From Endomicrobiia bacterium (GTDB taxonomy: Bacteria; Elusimicrobiota; Endomicrobiia; DTEH01), in the NCBI GenBank assembly GCA_025059805.1, contig JANXDG010000065.1, positions 3,234 through 67,233 of the forward strand: 64,000 nucleotides of DNA, in the 5' to 3' direction. Positions within the stretch are counted from its first letter, which is position 1. Every line of letters begins with the position of its first letter. Shown here piece by piece: positions 1 to 9,318 of this stretch. Both the position numbers and the translations under genes were made by a program. The notes under the pieces are model-generated. The model was not told the origin of the DNA. It worked only from the letters and a program-made list of their open reading frames with translations, and did not search any database.

Positions 1-381
1 ACTACCTAGATAAATATTGTTGTCTTTACCTATTAAATTTTTTAATGTCTGTGTTGCTCTTTCTGACAATTCAACTCCGTAAACTTCATAACCAAGTTGT
101 TTTAAACATTTAAGTAACATACCACTGCCAAAACCTACTTCTAATACTTTAATGTCTTTATTACCCAATCTGTGGATTAAAAATTTTATTATTTTGTAAT
201 AAATATTCAGTTTAGCTTTATCAACTATCTGTTGTCGTTCAAAATTAGCATCATAATAGGATTGAATATCTCCGCGAGATTTTTTTATCTTACTAACATA
301 AAATCCACATTTTTTACAAACAAGTAGGTGTTTATATTCTTTTATTGCAAAAGAAGAACAAGCTAAACATTTTTCTTGCAT
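1..381 (-). CDS. class I SAM-dependent methyltransferase with N-terminal Cys4 zinc ribbon (C-terminal part lies outside the window)
   Basis: Not in the supplied ORF track. Hand translation of the minus strand from ATG at 381-379 gives MQEKCLACSSFAIKEYKHLLVCKKCGFYVSKIKKSRGD...NKDIKVLEVGFGSGMLLKCLKQLGYEVYGVELSE. This shows a CxxC...CxxC ribbon followed by SAM-binding motif I (ExGxGxG). The start overlaps the stop of the upstream gene by 19 nt. Confidence 0.7.
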   Translation of the reverse strand, partial: MQEKCLACSSFAIKEYKHLLVCKKCGFYVSKIKKSRGDIQSYYDANFERQQIVDKAKLNIYYKIIKFLIHRLGNKDIKVLEVGFGSGMLLKCLKQLGYEVYGVELSERATQTLKNLIGKDNNIYLGS

Positions 382-3323
382 ACTCTATTTGAAATAATTT
401 TAGATATTATTTCAAAAACTTCTATAGGAGAAATATCTTTTAAACATTTTAAATCTTTACAATTATACCTATAACAAGGTCTCTTACAATTAACACTTTC
501 CTTTCTTAATATATAAAGATTTTCTTTTTCCACATAAGGGGTGTATTTTACAACATCACCAGGTCCAAACAAACATATTACTTTACTTCCTAAAGCAGCG
601 GCAAGATGCATAAGACCAGTATCATTGCTTACTACTACATCCATTTTTCTTAAAACAGCAGCAACTTTGTTAAAGTTATCTAAATCTTCATTAGTCACAA
701 CTATAGAAGGTAATCCTGAGGAAATCGTCCGGACTAATTTTTTCTCTTGATTGTTACCAAAAATAAAAATCACTGTATCTTTGTAGCTCTTAACTATGAC
801 CTCTGCTAACTGTCTCCAGTATTCCAACGGCCACCGGCGAGATGGTCTAAATGCTCCAGGGCAAAATCCTACCAAGAAAATATGTTTTTTATTGCTTGTT
901 TTTTCTTTTATATAGTTATCTGCCCAATCTTTAAATTCGTTATTTAAAGGGTAAAAAATATAATCAGGTACACCTCTTATACCTAATATTGTTAGTAGTT
1001 TATAAGTAATTTCCACTTCTGTCAATCCTCTATATCTATCCTCTTCAAAGAAAAAATTAAAAATCTTTTTTGCAAATTTTTTACCATAACCTATAAATGT
1101 GTCTGAATTTATAAATTTTTTAATCAACAAAATTTTAAACATCCCTAACAAACTATCAACTGTTCTAAGATTAATAACTGCATCAAATTTTGTCCTTTTT
1201 AAATCTTTTAACACTTTAATAATCTCAATCATGTTTGATAAATTAAACATTTTGTATTTTATGGGTAAAGTATAAATTTTATAAATATAAGAGAAGTTTT
1301 TTGCAATTTCTTTTGAACGTGGAATTGTAAGCAAAGTTACTTCTATAGCATGATATTTATTATGAAGTGCTTTTAATATAGGAGACATCATAACTATATC
1401 CCCAAGTCCACCTAAGTTTATCAATAGAACTTTTAATTTGGAAGTTATTTCTATTGATTTGTTATTCTGGCCAGAGGCTAAAATAGCAAATTTTTCGTTC
1501 CACATTTCCCATACAAGAATAGCAAACAATAAATCGGAAAAATCTCTTTTTTTACTTTTATGTTGGTTTAAAATTTCTTGCAAGTATTTGTAGTTTATTA
1601 AACCTTCTCTTTTTATCCTGTGAGGGCTTAAATAATCACCGATTAACTCCTGTAGTTCTTCTGTCACCCATTTACTAAGTGGTATCTGGAAACCTTGCTT
1701 TTTCTGTTTAGTAATAACTGGAGGTAATCCTTCAATCTCTAAAATTTTCCTTAAATAATATTTTAAAGTAAAGTTTTTAATTTTTTTTCTTAAAGATATT
1801 CTGTTTAAAAACTCTACCAAACGGACATCCAAAAAAGGAACTCTTAATTCTAAAGAGTTTGCCATTGAAGCACGATCCGAAATAAAAAGTAAGTTATCTT
1901 TTAGATATGTAGATAGATCAAAATAAAATACATCTTCATAATTTCTAATCTGTGGAAAGATTTCTAAATTTATGTCTCTGATTTCCTTATCTATAAAAAT
2001 TTGTTTTCTTTCATAAAAGTCTACACTTGAATTCCACAGGATATATTTTTCTTTAAGATTTGAACTAACATAAAAAAATCTTTTTATCCAGTTAACAACA
2101 TCTCTTTTTTGATGTGTTAACTTCAGGTTGTAGACGAGGCTAAAAAATATTTTTTGCAAGAACAAAGGAATTTTTATGTACTTTTGTGCTAAATATGCAC
2201 CAATATATCTAGGATATCCTCCAAACAGTTCATCACCTCCTATTCCGGAAAGAGCAACCGTTATACTCTTTCTTGCTGATTTAGATATTAAATATGTAGG
2301 TATAATTGACGAGTCACCAAAAGGCTCACCTGATTTTTCTAATATATCAAATATAATCTTCTCAATTTCTGGAGTCAAAATCTCTAAAGTATGTTGTGTA
2401 TCAAAATGTTTTGAAACAATTTCAGCTTTGTTTATTTCGTTAAAGCTACTGTATTCTTTTGTAAACCCAACAGTAAAAGTTTTAATTTTTCCAGTATTGA
2501 TTTTACTAACAGATGATAATATCAATGAAGAATCTAATCCGCCAGAAAGAAAAATTCCTAAAGGAACATCAGAAATCAACTGTTCCTTTATTGAAGAGTA
2601 AAACAGCTCTTTAATTTTTTCTAATATAAAATCTTCTTTTAAATCTTCAAATTCATAAGTTTTTTGTAATTTCCAGTATTTATTAATATAGAAATTACCA
2701 TCATGCCATACCAACAAACTGGCAGCAGGTAATTTTTTAATTTGTTTAATTATAGTAAATGGTTCAGGAATATAAAGAAAAGTAAAAAAATAGGATAAAG
2801 CATTTTTATTCACTTCAAAACACATGTTTGGCAAAAGATATAATGGCGATATTTCTGAACTAAAAAACAAACTATTGTTTACTACCAAATAATGTAATGG
2901 TTTTATACCGAAATGGTCTCTTGCTAAAATAAGTGTTTTATTTTTTTTATCCCATAAAGCAAAAGCAAACATACCACGAAGATACTTGACAAATTCTAAA
3001 CCAAAATCTTCATATAGATGAACTATCACCTCTACATCTGTATTAGTTTTAAAAATATGTCCTTTTGTTTGTAATTTATTTTTCAACTCAACAAAATTAT
3101 ATATTTCACCATTACATACTACAACTATATTTCTATCCTCGTTAAATATCGGTTGACTACCTGTAATTAAATCAATAACCTTCAGTCTTCTTATCCCAAA
3201 AGACACAAAACTATTTTCAATATAAAAGCCTTCTTCATCAGGACCACGATGGAACATTTTATTTAACATTTCTCTCAACAAAACATCATTTCTATAGTTT
3301 GTAAAACCGCATATCCCACACAT
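363..3323 (-). CDS. fusion protein: glutamine-dependent asparagine synthase-like amidotransferase (AsnB family) + C-terminal GT9 (heptosyltransferase-like) glycosyltransferase
   Basis: 986-aa ORF. The N-terminus MCGICG carries the catalytic Cys2 of class-II glutamine amidotransferases. The PP-loop LSGGLDSS lies near aa 259-266. The C-terminal third starts LKVLLINLGGLGDIVMMSPILKAL and ends with NDTGLMHLAAALG, both typical of GT9 enzymes. Confidence 0.8.
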   Translation of the reverse strand: MCGICGFTNYRNDVLLREMLNKMFHRGPDEEGFYIENSFVSFGIRRLKVIDLITGSQPIFNEDRNIVVVCNGEIYNFVELKNKLQTKGHIFKTNTDVEVIVHLYEDFGLEFVKYLRGMFAFALWDKKNKTLILARDHFGIKPLHYLVVNNSLFFSSEISPLYLLPNMCFEVNKNALSYFFTFLYIPEPFTIIKQIKKLPAASLLVWHDGNFYINKYWKLQKTYEFEDLKEDFILEKIKELFYSSIKEQLISDVPLGIFLSGGLDSSLILSSVSKINTGKIKTFTVGFTKEYSSFNEINKAEIVSKHFDTQHTLEILTPEIEKIIFDILEKSGEPFGDSSIIPTYLISKSARKSITVALSGIGGDELFGGYPRYIGAYLAQKYIKIPLFLQKIFFSLVYNLKLTHQKRDVVNWIKRFFYVSSNLKEKYILWNSSVDFYERKQIFIDKEIRDINLEIFPQIRNYEDVFYFDLSTYLKDNLLFISDRASMANSLELRVPFLDVRLVEFLNRISLRKKIKNFTLKYYLRKILEIEGLPPVITKQKKQGFQIPLSKWVTEELQELIGDYLSPHRIKREGLINYKYLQEILNQHKSKKRDFSDLLFAILVWEMWNEKFAILASGQNNKSIEITSKLKVLLINLGGLGDIVMMSPILKALHNKYHAIEVTLLTIPRSKEIAKNFSYIYKIYTLPIKYKMFNLSNMIEIIKVLKDLKRTKFDAVINLRTVDSLLGMFKILLIKKFINSDTFIGYGKKFAKKIFNFFFEEDRYRGLTEVEITYKLLTILGIRGVPDYIFYPLNNEFKDWADNYIKEKTSNKKHIFLVGFCPGAFRPSRRWPLEYWRQLAEVIVKSYKDTVIFIFGNNQEKKLVRTISSGLPSIVVTNEDLDNFNKVAAVLRKMDVVVSNDTGLMHLAAALGSKVICLFGPGDVVKYTPYVEKENLYILRKESVNCKRPCYRYNCKDLKCLKDISPIEVFEIISKIISNRVCKKNV
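366..1439 (-). other. GT9 glycosyltransferase domain region of the fusion protein (aa ~629-986)
   Basis: INLGGLGDIVM and NDTGLMHLAAALG motifs. Boundary approximate. Confidence 0.65.
1488..3323 (-). other. AsnB-like amidotransferase/synthetase domain region of the fusion protein (aa ~1-612)
   Basis: MCGICG N-terminal nucleophile, SGGLDSS PP-loop and GGDELFGGY. Boundary approximate. Confidence 0.7.
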
Positions 3324-3334
3324 ATGTTTCTCTT

Positions 3335-4432
3335 TTAACTCATTAAAGCTAAATCAAATATTTTTAATATACTTTTTACCATATTTTCTTTATTAAATTC
3401 TTTCGCATGTTTAATACCAGAAGTAAAAAGCGAATTCTTTAAACTATCGGAACATAAAACTTTAAGTATTTTATCTTTGATATCTTCTATATTATACGGG
3501 TCAAAATACACTGCTGCTTCCTTAAGTATTTCTGGAATACTAGATACATTAGAGGCTACTACAGGGCAACCACAAGCTAATGCTTCCACAGGTGGTAATC
3601 CAAATCCTTCATATAAAGATGGAAATACAAACAATTCAGCTCCGCTATACAATGCAGGAAGGTCATCGTCATCAACAAACTCAATAATGTGTAACCAATC
3701 CGGGATAGAAAAAAAATACTTCAAAATATCTTTCTTTTGTACTCCTGCAAGAACAAGAGTATATTGAGATTTAATTTCTCCAGGTAGCATATCATATGCT
3801 AATATAAGACGGTTAAGATTCTTATGAGGATTTGAATTACCAACATAAAGCATATATTTAGTGTTTATATTATATTTTCTTTTTATTTGTATTATTTTAT
3901 TTTCTGGTTGAGAAGTAAATTTTTCATCCACTGCAAGATATATTACTTTAATTTTTTCTTCATCTATGTCAGTAAGTTTAATAATATCCTTTTTGGCCGT
4001 ATTAGAACAAGTAATGATAGTTTTTACTTTTTTAGAAGTAAATTTGATAAAATTCTTAATATAAAAATTGTTTTTAAATTTATTTTTGTAAGGTTCTACC
4101 ATAAGATATATAACATCAAACACTGTAGTAATAACAGGAATATCTAACAGGATAGGGAATTTATAATATGGTGAAAAAAATAAGTCAATTTTATATCTTT
4201 TTGCCGCAGATAAAAGTTGTACTTGGTCAAAAAAAAATTTAGATTTTTCATAAAGAAAAATTTTTGTTAAATTGTCACTATAAAGATGCAATTCACAATT
4301 TTGATTTAAAAATATGAAAAACTCATAAGTATTTTTTAACTCAACTGCTTTAGATAAAAAAGCAAGTAAAAACCTTCCAATCCCTGTAAGCTTATTTTTT
4401 TCTAATTCCCGTCCATCTATACCCACTTTCAT
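3335..4432 (-). CDS. glycosyltransferase family 4 (GT-B, retaining type)
   Basis: 365 aa. C-terminal FPSLYEGFGLPPVEALACGCPVVAS (E-x7-E region). Confidence 0.8.
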   Translation of the reverse strand: MKVGIDGRELEKNKLTGIGRFLLAFLSKAVELKNTYEFFIFLNQNCELHLYSDNLTKIFLYEKSKFFFDQVQLLSAAKRYKIDLFFSPYYKFPILLDIPVITTVFDVIYLMVEPYKNKFKNNFYIKNFIKFTSKKVKTIITCSNTAKKDIIKLTDIDEEKIKVIYLAVDEKFTSQPENKIIQIKRKYNINTKYMLYVGNSNPHKNLNRLILAYDMLPGEIKSQYTLVLAGVQKKDILKYFFSIPDWLHIIEFVDDDDLPALYSGAELFVFPSLYEGFGLPPVEALACGCPVVASNVSSIPEILKEAAVYFDPYNIEDIKDKILKVLCSDSLKNSLFTSGIKHAKEFNKENMVKSILKIFDLALMS

Positions 4433-4435
4433 AAT

Positions 4436-5521
4436 TTATAAGATATCTATCACAACAACTTCAGATGAGGATAAAAACCTCATCGGTGGACCCCAAACCC
4501 CTGCACCTGAAGTAACATATAGTGTTGATTTATTTTTCTTAAATAGACCATATAGGTATTTATAAAAAATTCGTGTAAAAATATGAAATGGGAAAACCTG
4601 TCCATTATGGGTATGACCACTTAACATCATAATATCAAAATTACTGGAAAGTTCATCAAAAAATAATGGTTGGTGTGAAACAACAATATTAAGTTTTCCT
4701 GTTTTGTAGTTATTATTAATTATACTTACAATTTCTTCTTTGTGTAAGTCTTCTGTTCTGATATCGCCTAAGCCTATAATGTTAACATTTTCAATCTCAA
4801 CTGTACTGTTCTGTAAAACTATAAAACCAAGCTGTTTAAAAATTCCTTTTGCTTTCTCAAGGCCAAAATAATAATCATGATTACCTAATATTGCTATCTT
4901 TGTACAATATATCCTTTTAATTGCTTCTTCTAATTTAACATCATATACAAAACCAGGATCAAACATATCGCCACCAAAGATAAGTATGCCGGGACCTATA
5001 TTTTTTATTTTATTAAATAACTCTATTGCTATTTTATTCTTGTATTTGAAATCGAGATGTAAATCAGAAAGATAAACAATCCTGAAACTATTATTACCAT
5101 CTAAATCAATAGTAATATGTTTTATTTTTGGCATTTTTATTCCATGATAAGTTGCCAAAGTTGAAGATATTAAACTTACCAATAAAACTACTAAACCAAT
5201 ATATTTATTGTTTCTTCTGATGAATAAGAAAGAAATAAAATCACCAATTACACAATATGAAACAAAAATTACAACAACACCCATCCAATAAAAACCAAAG
5301 AAATAAATCGGTTTTAAAACTGTGTCCGACTTGATAATTGCCCTTAAAATTAAACTTAAAAATGAAACCGAAAATAGTAAAACAAATATAAACTTAACTA
5401 AATTTTTATAATTGTTTAATGTTAAATGCCTATCTAAAAAATTAACAATGTATAAATGTGACAAAAAATATCCCAAAATGAGCAAGAGGAATATTACAAG
5501 AATAATTACAACTTTTGCCAT
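4436..5521 (-). CDS. membrane-anchored calcineurin-like metallophosphoesterase
   Basis: About 4-5 N-terminal hydrophobic helices, then the motifs YLSDLHLD, GGDMFD, GNHDYY and SGHTHNGQ. Confidence 0.8.
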   Translation of the reverse strand: MAKVVIILVIFLLLILGYFLSHLYIVNFLDRHLTLNNYKNLVKFIFVLLFSVSFLSLILRAIIKSDTVLKPIYFFGFYWMGVVVIFVSYCVIGDFISFLFIRRNNKYIGLVVLLVSLISSTLATYHGIKMPKIKHITIDLDGNNSFRIVYLSDLHLDFKYKNKIAIELFNKIKNIGPGILIFGGDMFDPGFVYDVKLEEAIKRIYCTKIAILGNHDYYFGLEKAKGIFKQLGFIVLQNSTVEIENVNIIGLGDIRTEDLHKEEIVSIINNNYKTGKLNIVVSHQPLFFDELSSNFDIMMLSGHTHNGQVFPFHIFTRIFYKYLYGLFKKNKSTLYVTSGAGVWGPPMRFLSSSEVVVIDIL

Positions 5522-5533
5522 ATTTTATAATTT

Positions 5534-6514
5534 CTATTGTAATTTTATTCCATACCGTTCAAGATCTGATTTCAACATCATTCTAACAAGTTCTTCAAAC
5601 TTCACTTTTGGATACCAACCAAGTTTTTTTCGTGCTTTACTGTAATCACCACACAATTCAAAAACTTCAGCTGGACGATAATGTTGAGGATCTATAACTA
5701 CATAATCTTCCCAATTAAGTCCTACATAACTGAACGCCAATTCAGCAAATTCTTTAACTGAATGTGTTTCTCCTGTAGCAATTACATAGTCATCGGGCTC
5801 ATCCTGCTGAAGCATAAGCCACATAGCCTCCACATAATCACCTGCAAAACCCCAGTCACGTTTTGCTTCAAGATTACCTAATCTTAATTCTTTTGCCAAA
5901 CCTGCTTTTATTTTTGCTACAGTATCTGTAATTTTACGTGTCACAAATTCAAACCCACGTCTTGGTGATTCATGATTAAAAAGTATTCCGTTACAACAAA
6001 ACATATTGTAGGCTTCACGGTAGTTCATTGTCATATAAAAACCAGCAACTTTTGAAACACCATATGGCGATCTTGGATGGAACGGCGTATTCTCATTTTG
6101 TGGTGTCTCTTTTGCTAAACCAAACATCTCGGATGAACCTGCAAAATAAAATTTACATTTTGGTGCTTTTTCTTTTAAAGCTGATAACACAAACATTGTA
6201 CCGTTTATGTTAGCGTTTATTGTTGAAAACTCATCTTCAAATGAATAAGATACAAAACTTTGTGCAGCAAGATGGTAACATTCATCAGGTTGTACCTTCT
6301 CAACTATGCTGAATATACTTGCGTAACTTTCAAGTGAACCACAATGTAAAATAAGTTTATCCTTTATATGTTTTATTCTCCATAATCTATGTTCTGGATC
6401 TTCTAAAGCCACTCTTCTTACAATACCATGAACTTCATATCCTTTAGTTAGAAGAAACTCTGCAAGGTATGAACCATCTTGTCCAGTAATACCTGTAATT
6501 AATGCTTTTTTCAT
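5534..6514 (-). CDS. gmd: GDP-mannose 4,6-dehydratase
   Basis: MKKALITGITGQDGSYLAEFLLTKGYEVHGIVRR N-terminus, SSEMFG, YGVSK (Y-x3-K) and NHESPRRG. The signature is colinear with Gmd. Confidence 0.92.
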   Translation of the reverse strand: MKKALITGITGQDGSYLAEFLLTKGYEVHGIVRRVALEDPEHRLWRIKHIKDKLILHCGSLESYASIFSIVEKVQPDECYHLAAQSFVSYSFEDEFSTINANINGTMFVLSALKEKAPKCKFYFAGSSEMFGLAKETPQNENTPFHPRSPYGVSKVAGFYMTMNYREAYNMFCCNGILFNHESPRRGFEFVTRKITDTVAKIKAGLAKELRLGNLEAKRDWGFAGDYVEAMWLMLQQDEPDDYVIATGETHSVKEFAELAFSYVGLNWEDYVVIDPQHYRPAEVFELCGDYSKARKKLGWYPKVKFEELVRMMLKSDLERYGIKLQ

Positions 6515-7281
6515 TTTTTCCTCCTCATTTCCTTTAGTTCAATATATTTTAAATAACTAAAAATTACTGTTAACGCACTTGATAAACTTATAAAAAATCC
6601 ACGCCAGCCATCTATGTATCCTTTTAAAACAAAAAACTTTAGAATAAAAAAGTACAATGGTCTTATTATAAGTTCTTTGAAAGTATTAATGAAGTTTATT
6701 TTGATCCTTTTTTTCATATATTCATTTGCATACTGTGTTGTATATCTTTTAAACTTGTCAATCCAATCGTCTATCTTCTCATATGAGTAGTGTAAAAGTG
6801 GATTTCTCAAATAACCAACCTTATTTGTCAAGATTATCCCGTTAGTATGTATTTCATTCTGAAAATTTATTTTGCCCTTTTTAAATAACCTTGGAATATA
6901 TGAAGGATACCACCCACAGGTTTTTATCCAACGACCACTAAAAAATGTTTTTACAGGTACCATGTATACTTCTGATTCACTCCTCTGAATCACATCCTTT
7001 ATCTCTTCTTTTAGGTTATCATCCACAACTTCATCTGCTTCTATAAGAAGAATCCACTCATTTGATGTTTTTGAAATACCAAACTCCCTGTCTGGATTAC
7101 ATATTAGCTTTGGTTCAGTAATGTATATTTTCGTAGTATATTCTTTTACAATTTCTACTGTTTTATCTTCTGATGATTGATCAACAACTACAATCTCATC
7201 ACACCATTTTATACTTTCAAGACATCGTCTTATTTTCTTCTCTTCATTTCTAACAATCAAAACAGTAGATATTTTATTCAT
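6511..7281 (-). CDS. glycosyltransferase family 2
   Basis: STVLIVRNEEKKIRRCLESI, VVVDQSSEDKT and IEADE (DxD-like). Hydrophobic C-terminal tail. Confidence 0.75.
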   Translation of the reverse strand: MNKISTVLIVRNEEKKIRRCLESIKWCDEIVVVDQSSEDKTVEIVKEYTTKIYITEPKLICNPDREFGISKTSNEWILLIEADEVVDDNLKEEIKDVIQRSESEVYMVPVKTFFSGRWIKTCGWYPSYIPRLFKKGKINFQNEIHTNGIILTNKVGYLRNPLLHYSYEKIDDWIDKFKRYTTQYANEYMKKRIKINFINTFKELIIRPLYFFILKFFVLKGYIDGWRGFFISLSSALTVIFSYLKYIELKEMRRKK

Positions 7282-8312
7282 AAACTTCTATATAATTCTA
7301 TTATTTTAGTCACATAGTTCTTCACACAGAAAATTTCAGATTTTAATTTTGCATTTTTTGAAATTCTTAATCTCAGGTCATCATCATAAAGAACTAATTT
7401 TAACGCGTTGATTAAATCAAAAGGATTTGGTTCAACAAGAATTCCATCTACCATATGCTGGATAATTTCTCTTGGCCCTCCAAGATTTGTAGCTATAATT
7501 GTTTTTCCTAAAACCATACCTTCTATAATAGTTCTACCAAACGGTTCTGGCTCTACAGAAGGATTTACAATAACATCACAGATGTTCATATAGTCATAAA
7601 CATTTTCTATGTAACCACAGAATCTTACATTATCTTTTATACCTAACTCTAATGCTAACTTTTTGAGATTTTTTTCTTCTTTTCCTGTACCACAAATAAG
7701 AAGATAAATATTTTTATCTTGTAATTTAGAGAAAGCATTAAATAAAATCTCGTGTCCTTTCCATTTTTCTAAACGAGAGAATACCCCTATTACTTTTGCA
7801 CCTTCATTAATATCTAAATTTCTTTTCAACTTGTCACTATCAATATTAAATCGTATATTTTCAATATCCACAGGATTGTAGAGTTTCACAATTTTATTCT
7901 TTGTGTACTTAAACTTAGTCATAACTGCATCTGAAGTAACTATGATTTTGTTAACTAATAACGAAATTAATTTTTCTTTAAACGGTGAAGTTTCAACTAC
8001 TCTATTATGCCAGATAATTTTCTTACCAAATATTTTCCCTGCTAACGCACTGATAAAAGTGTATTTAGTACAAGCAGAATTGATATGTAGTAAGTCGGGA
8101 TTATAGTCTGATATGATAAATATAAGTTTTGGTATCGTTGCAACTACGACAGGAATTTTGTTTTTTTCAAGTATACTCTTAAAAATTCCATCACGACTTA
8201 AAACTACAAGAAACTTAAACTTTTCAACATCAAGATTTTTTAATAACGTCAACAAACTAACCTGACCTCCACCAGGTGGGTCTAACGGTTCATCAATGTA
8301 AAGAATTTTCAT
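7278..8312 (-). CDS. glycosyltransferase family 4
   Basis: NPSVEPEPFGRTIIEGMVLGKTIIATNLGGPREI (E-x7-E region), GT-B architecture. Confidence 0.8.
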   Translation of the reverse strand: MKILYIDEPLDPPGGGQVSLLTLLKNLDVEKFKFLVVLSRDGIFKSILEKNKIPVVVATIPKLIFIISDYNPDLLHINSACTKYTFISALAGKIFGKKIIWHNRVVETSPFKEKLISLLVNKIIVTSDAVMTKFKYTKNKIVKLYNPVDIENIRFNIDSDKLKRNLDINEGAKVIGVFSRLEKWKGHEILFNAFSKLQDKNIYLLICGTGKEEKNLKKLALELGIKDNVRFCGYIENVYDYMNICDVIVNPSVEPEPFGRTIIEGMVLGKTIIATNLGGPREIIQHMVDGILVEPNPFDLINALKLVLYDDDLRLRISKNAKLKSEIFCVKNYVTKIIELYRSL

Positions 8313-8313
8313 C

Positions 8314-9318
8314 CTATGTCCTATAGATTAGATACAAAAATATTCTAACTAATCGTCCTAAATCAAAAGCAACATCAGCTATGAGTTTTATAAAAGGAAA
8401 ACACAAAAATGTAAGCATCCGGTACGGTATAGAAAAATTGTAAATGTGAAAATACTTCCACATAAATTTGTGTTTCATTAACTGTGTGAAATACCATAAT
8501 ATTAGAAAAATAAATATTAATGGTTTAAAAAACAAACTTATTAAAAAAACTGTAAATAATTTTAAGATAAATGAAGTTTTTATTACATACTCAAAATGGA
8601 CAGATGAGACAAATACCAAATCTATATCTGCCATTCCACGGCGAATATACCATTTTACTACTTTAAACAAGTTTTTATGTGTATCATGCCATACAATAGC
8701 ATCGGGGATATATACAAACTTATTTTTGCCATACTTCTTCGTAATCCTTAAACAAATATCTGTATCTTCGCTACCAAATTTATTTGCCAAGTTAAACATT
8801 CCTACATCTAAAATTATGTCTTTTCTAAAAATAGTATTGCATGTAGCAACTTGTGACAACTCAATCATTTTGCCTCTTGAATAATTATGCAGTCTAAAAC
8901 CACCACCAGGATGACCTAATACACCTATTGAAAAACTTATAAAATTACTGTTCCCATTTTTTGGAAATACAGCACCCATAGCACCAAAATATTTATCTTT
9001 GTTTTTTTCAAACTCTTCAGTTAATGTTTTGAACCAATTTTCTGTAATTTCAATATCATCATCAATAAATATTATATAGTCAGTTAAAGAATTAACTACT
9101 CCTATGTTTCGCTGATGTGAGAATCCTTTTTCTTTTAATGGAACTTTAATATATTTTATTTTTTCCTGTTGTATTCCTAATGAACCTTCATCATCGGTTG
9201 CATCTACTATTATGACCTCAGCAGAATCAAAAACTTTATATTTTTTAAGGGTTTCTATACATCTTTTAACTTTCTTTTTGCCATTAGAGGTTATTATAAC
9301 TATTGAATATTTGCTCAT
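8314..9318 (-). CDS. glycosyltransferase family 2 with C-terminal membrane helices
   Basis: SIVIITSNGKKKVKRCIETL, IIVDATDDEG and FIDDDIE. I trimmed the start to ATG 9318 (MSKYSIV); the longer track ORF (to 9366) would overlap the upstream gene by 83 nt. Confidence 0.7.
   Translation of the reverse strand: MSKYSIVIITSNGKKKVKRCIETLKKYKVFDSAEVIIVDATDDEGSLGIQQEKIKYIKVPLKEKGFSHQRNIGVVNSLTDYIIFIDDDIEITENWFKTLTEEFEKNKDKYFGAMGAVFPKNGNSNFISFSIGVLGHPGGGFRLHNYSRGKMIELSQVATCNTIFRKDIILDVGMFNLANKFGSEDTDICLRITKKYGKNKFVYIPDAIVWHDTHKNLFKVVKWYIRRGMADIDLVFVSSVHFEYVIKTSFILKLFTVFLISLFFKPLIFIFLILWYFTQLMKHKFMWKYFHIYNFSIPYRMLTFLCFPFIKLIADVAFDLGRLVRIFLYLIYRT

Noticed and set aside
2176-2601. Antisense 'shadow' ORFs of 60-175 aa listed in the track. 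Examples: 2176-2601, 8468-8884, 20641-21078, 22009-22347, 36888-37415, 42071-42574, 52737-53069 and 55900-56232.
   Set aside because: Each lies entirely inside a longer, motif-supported gene on the opposite strand. Their low-complexity composition is typical of antisense frames in AT-rich DNA. None has RBS or family signatures.
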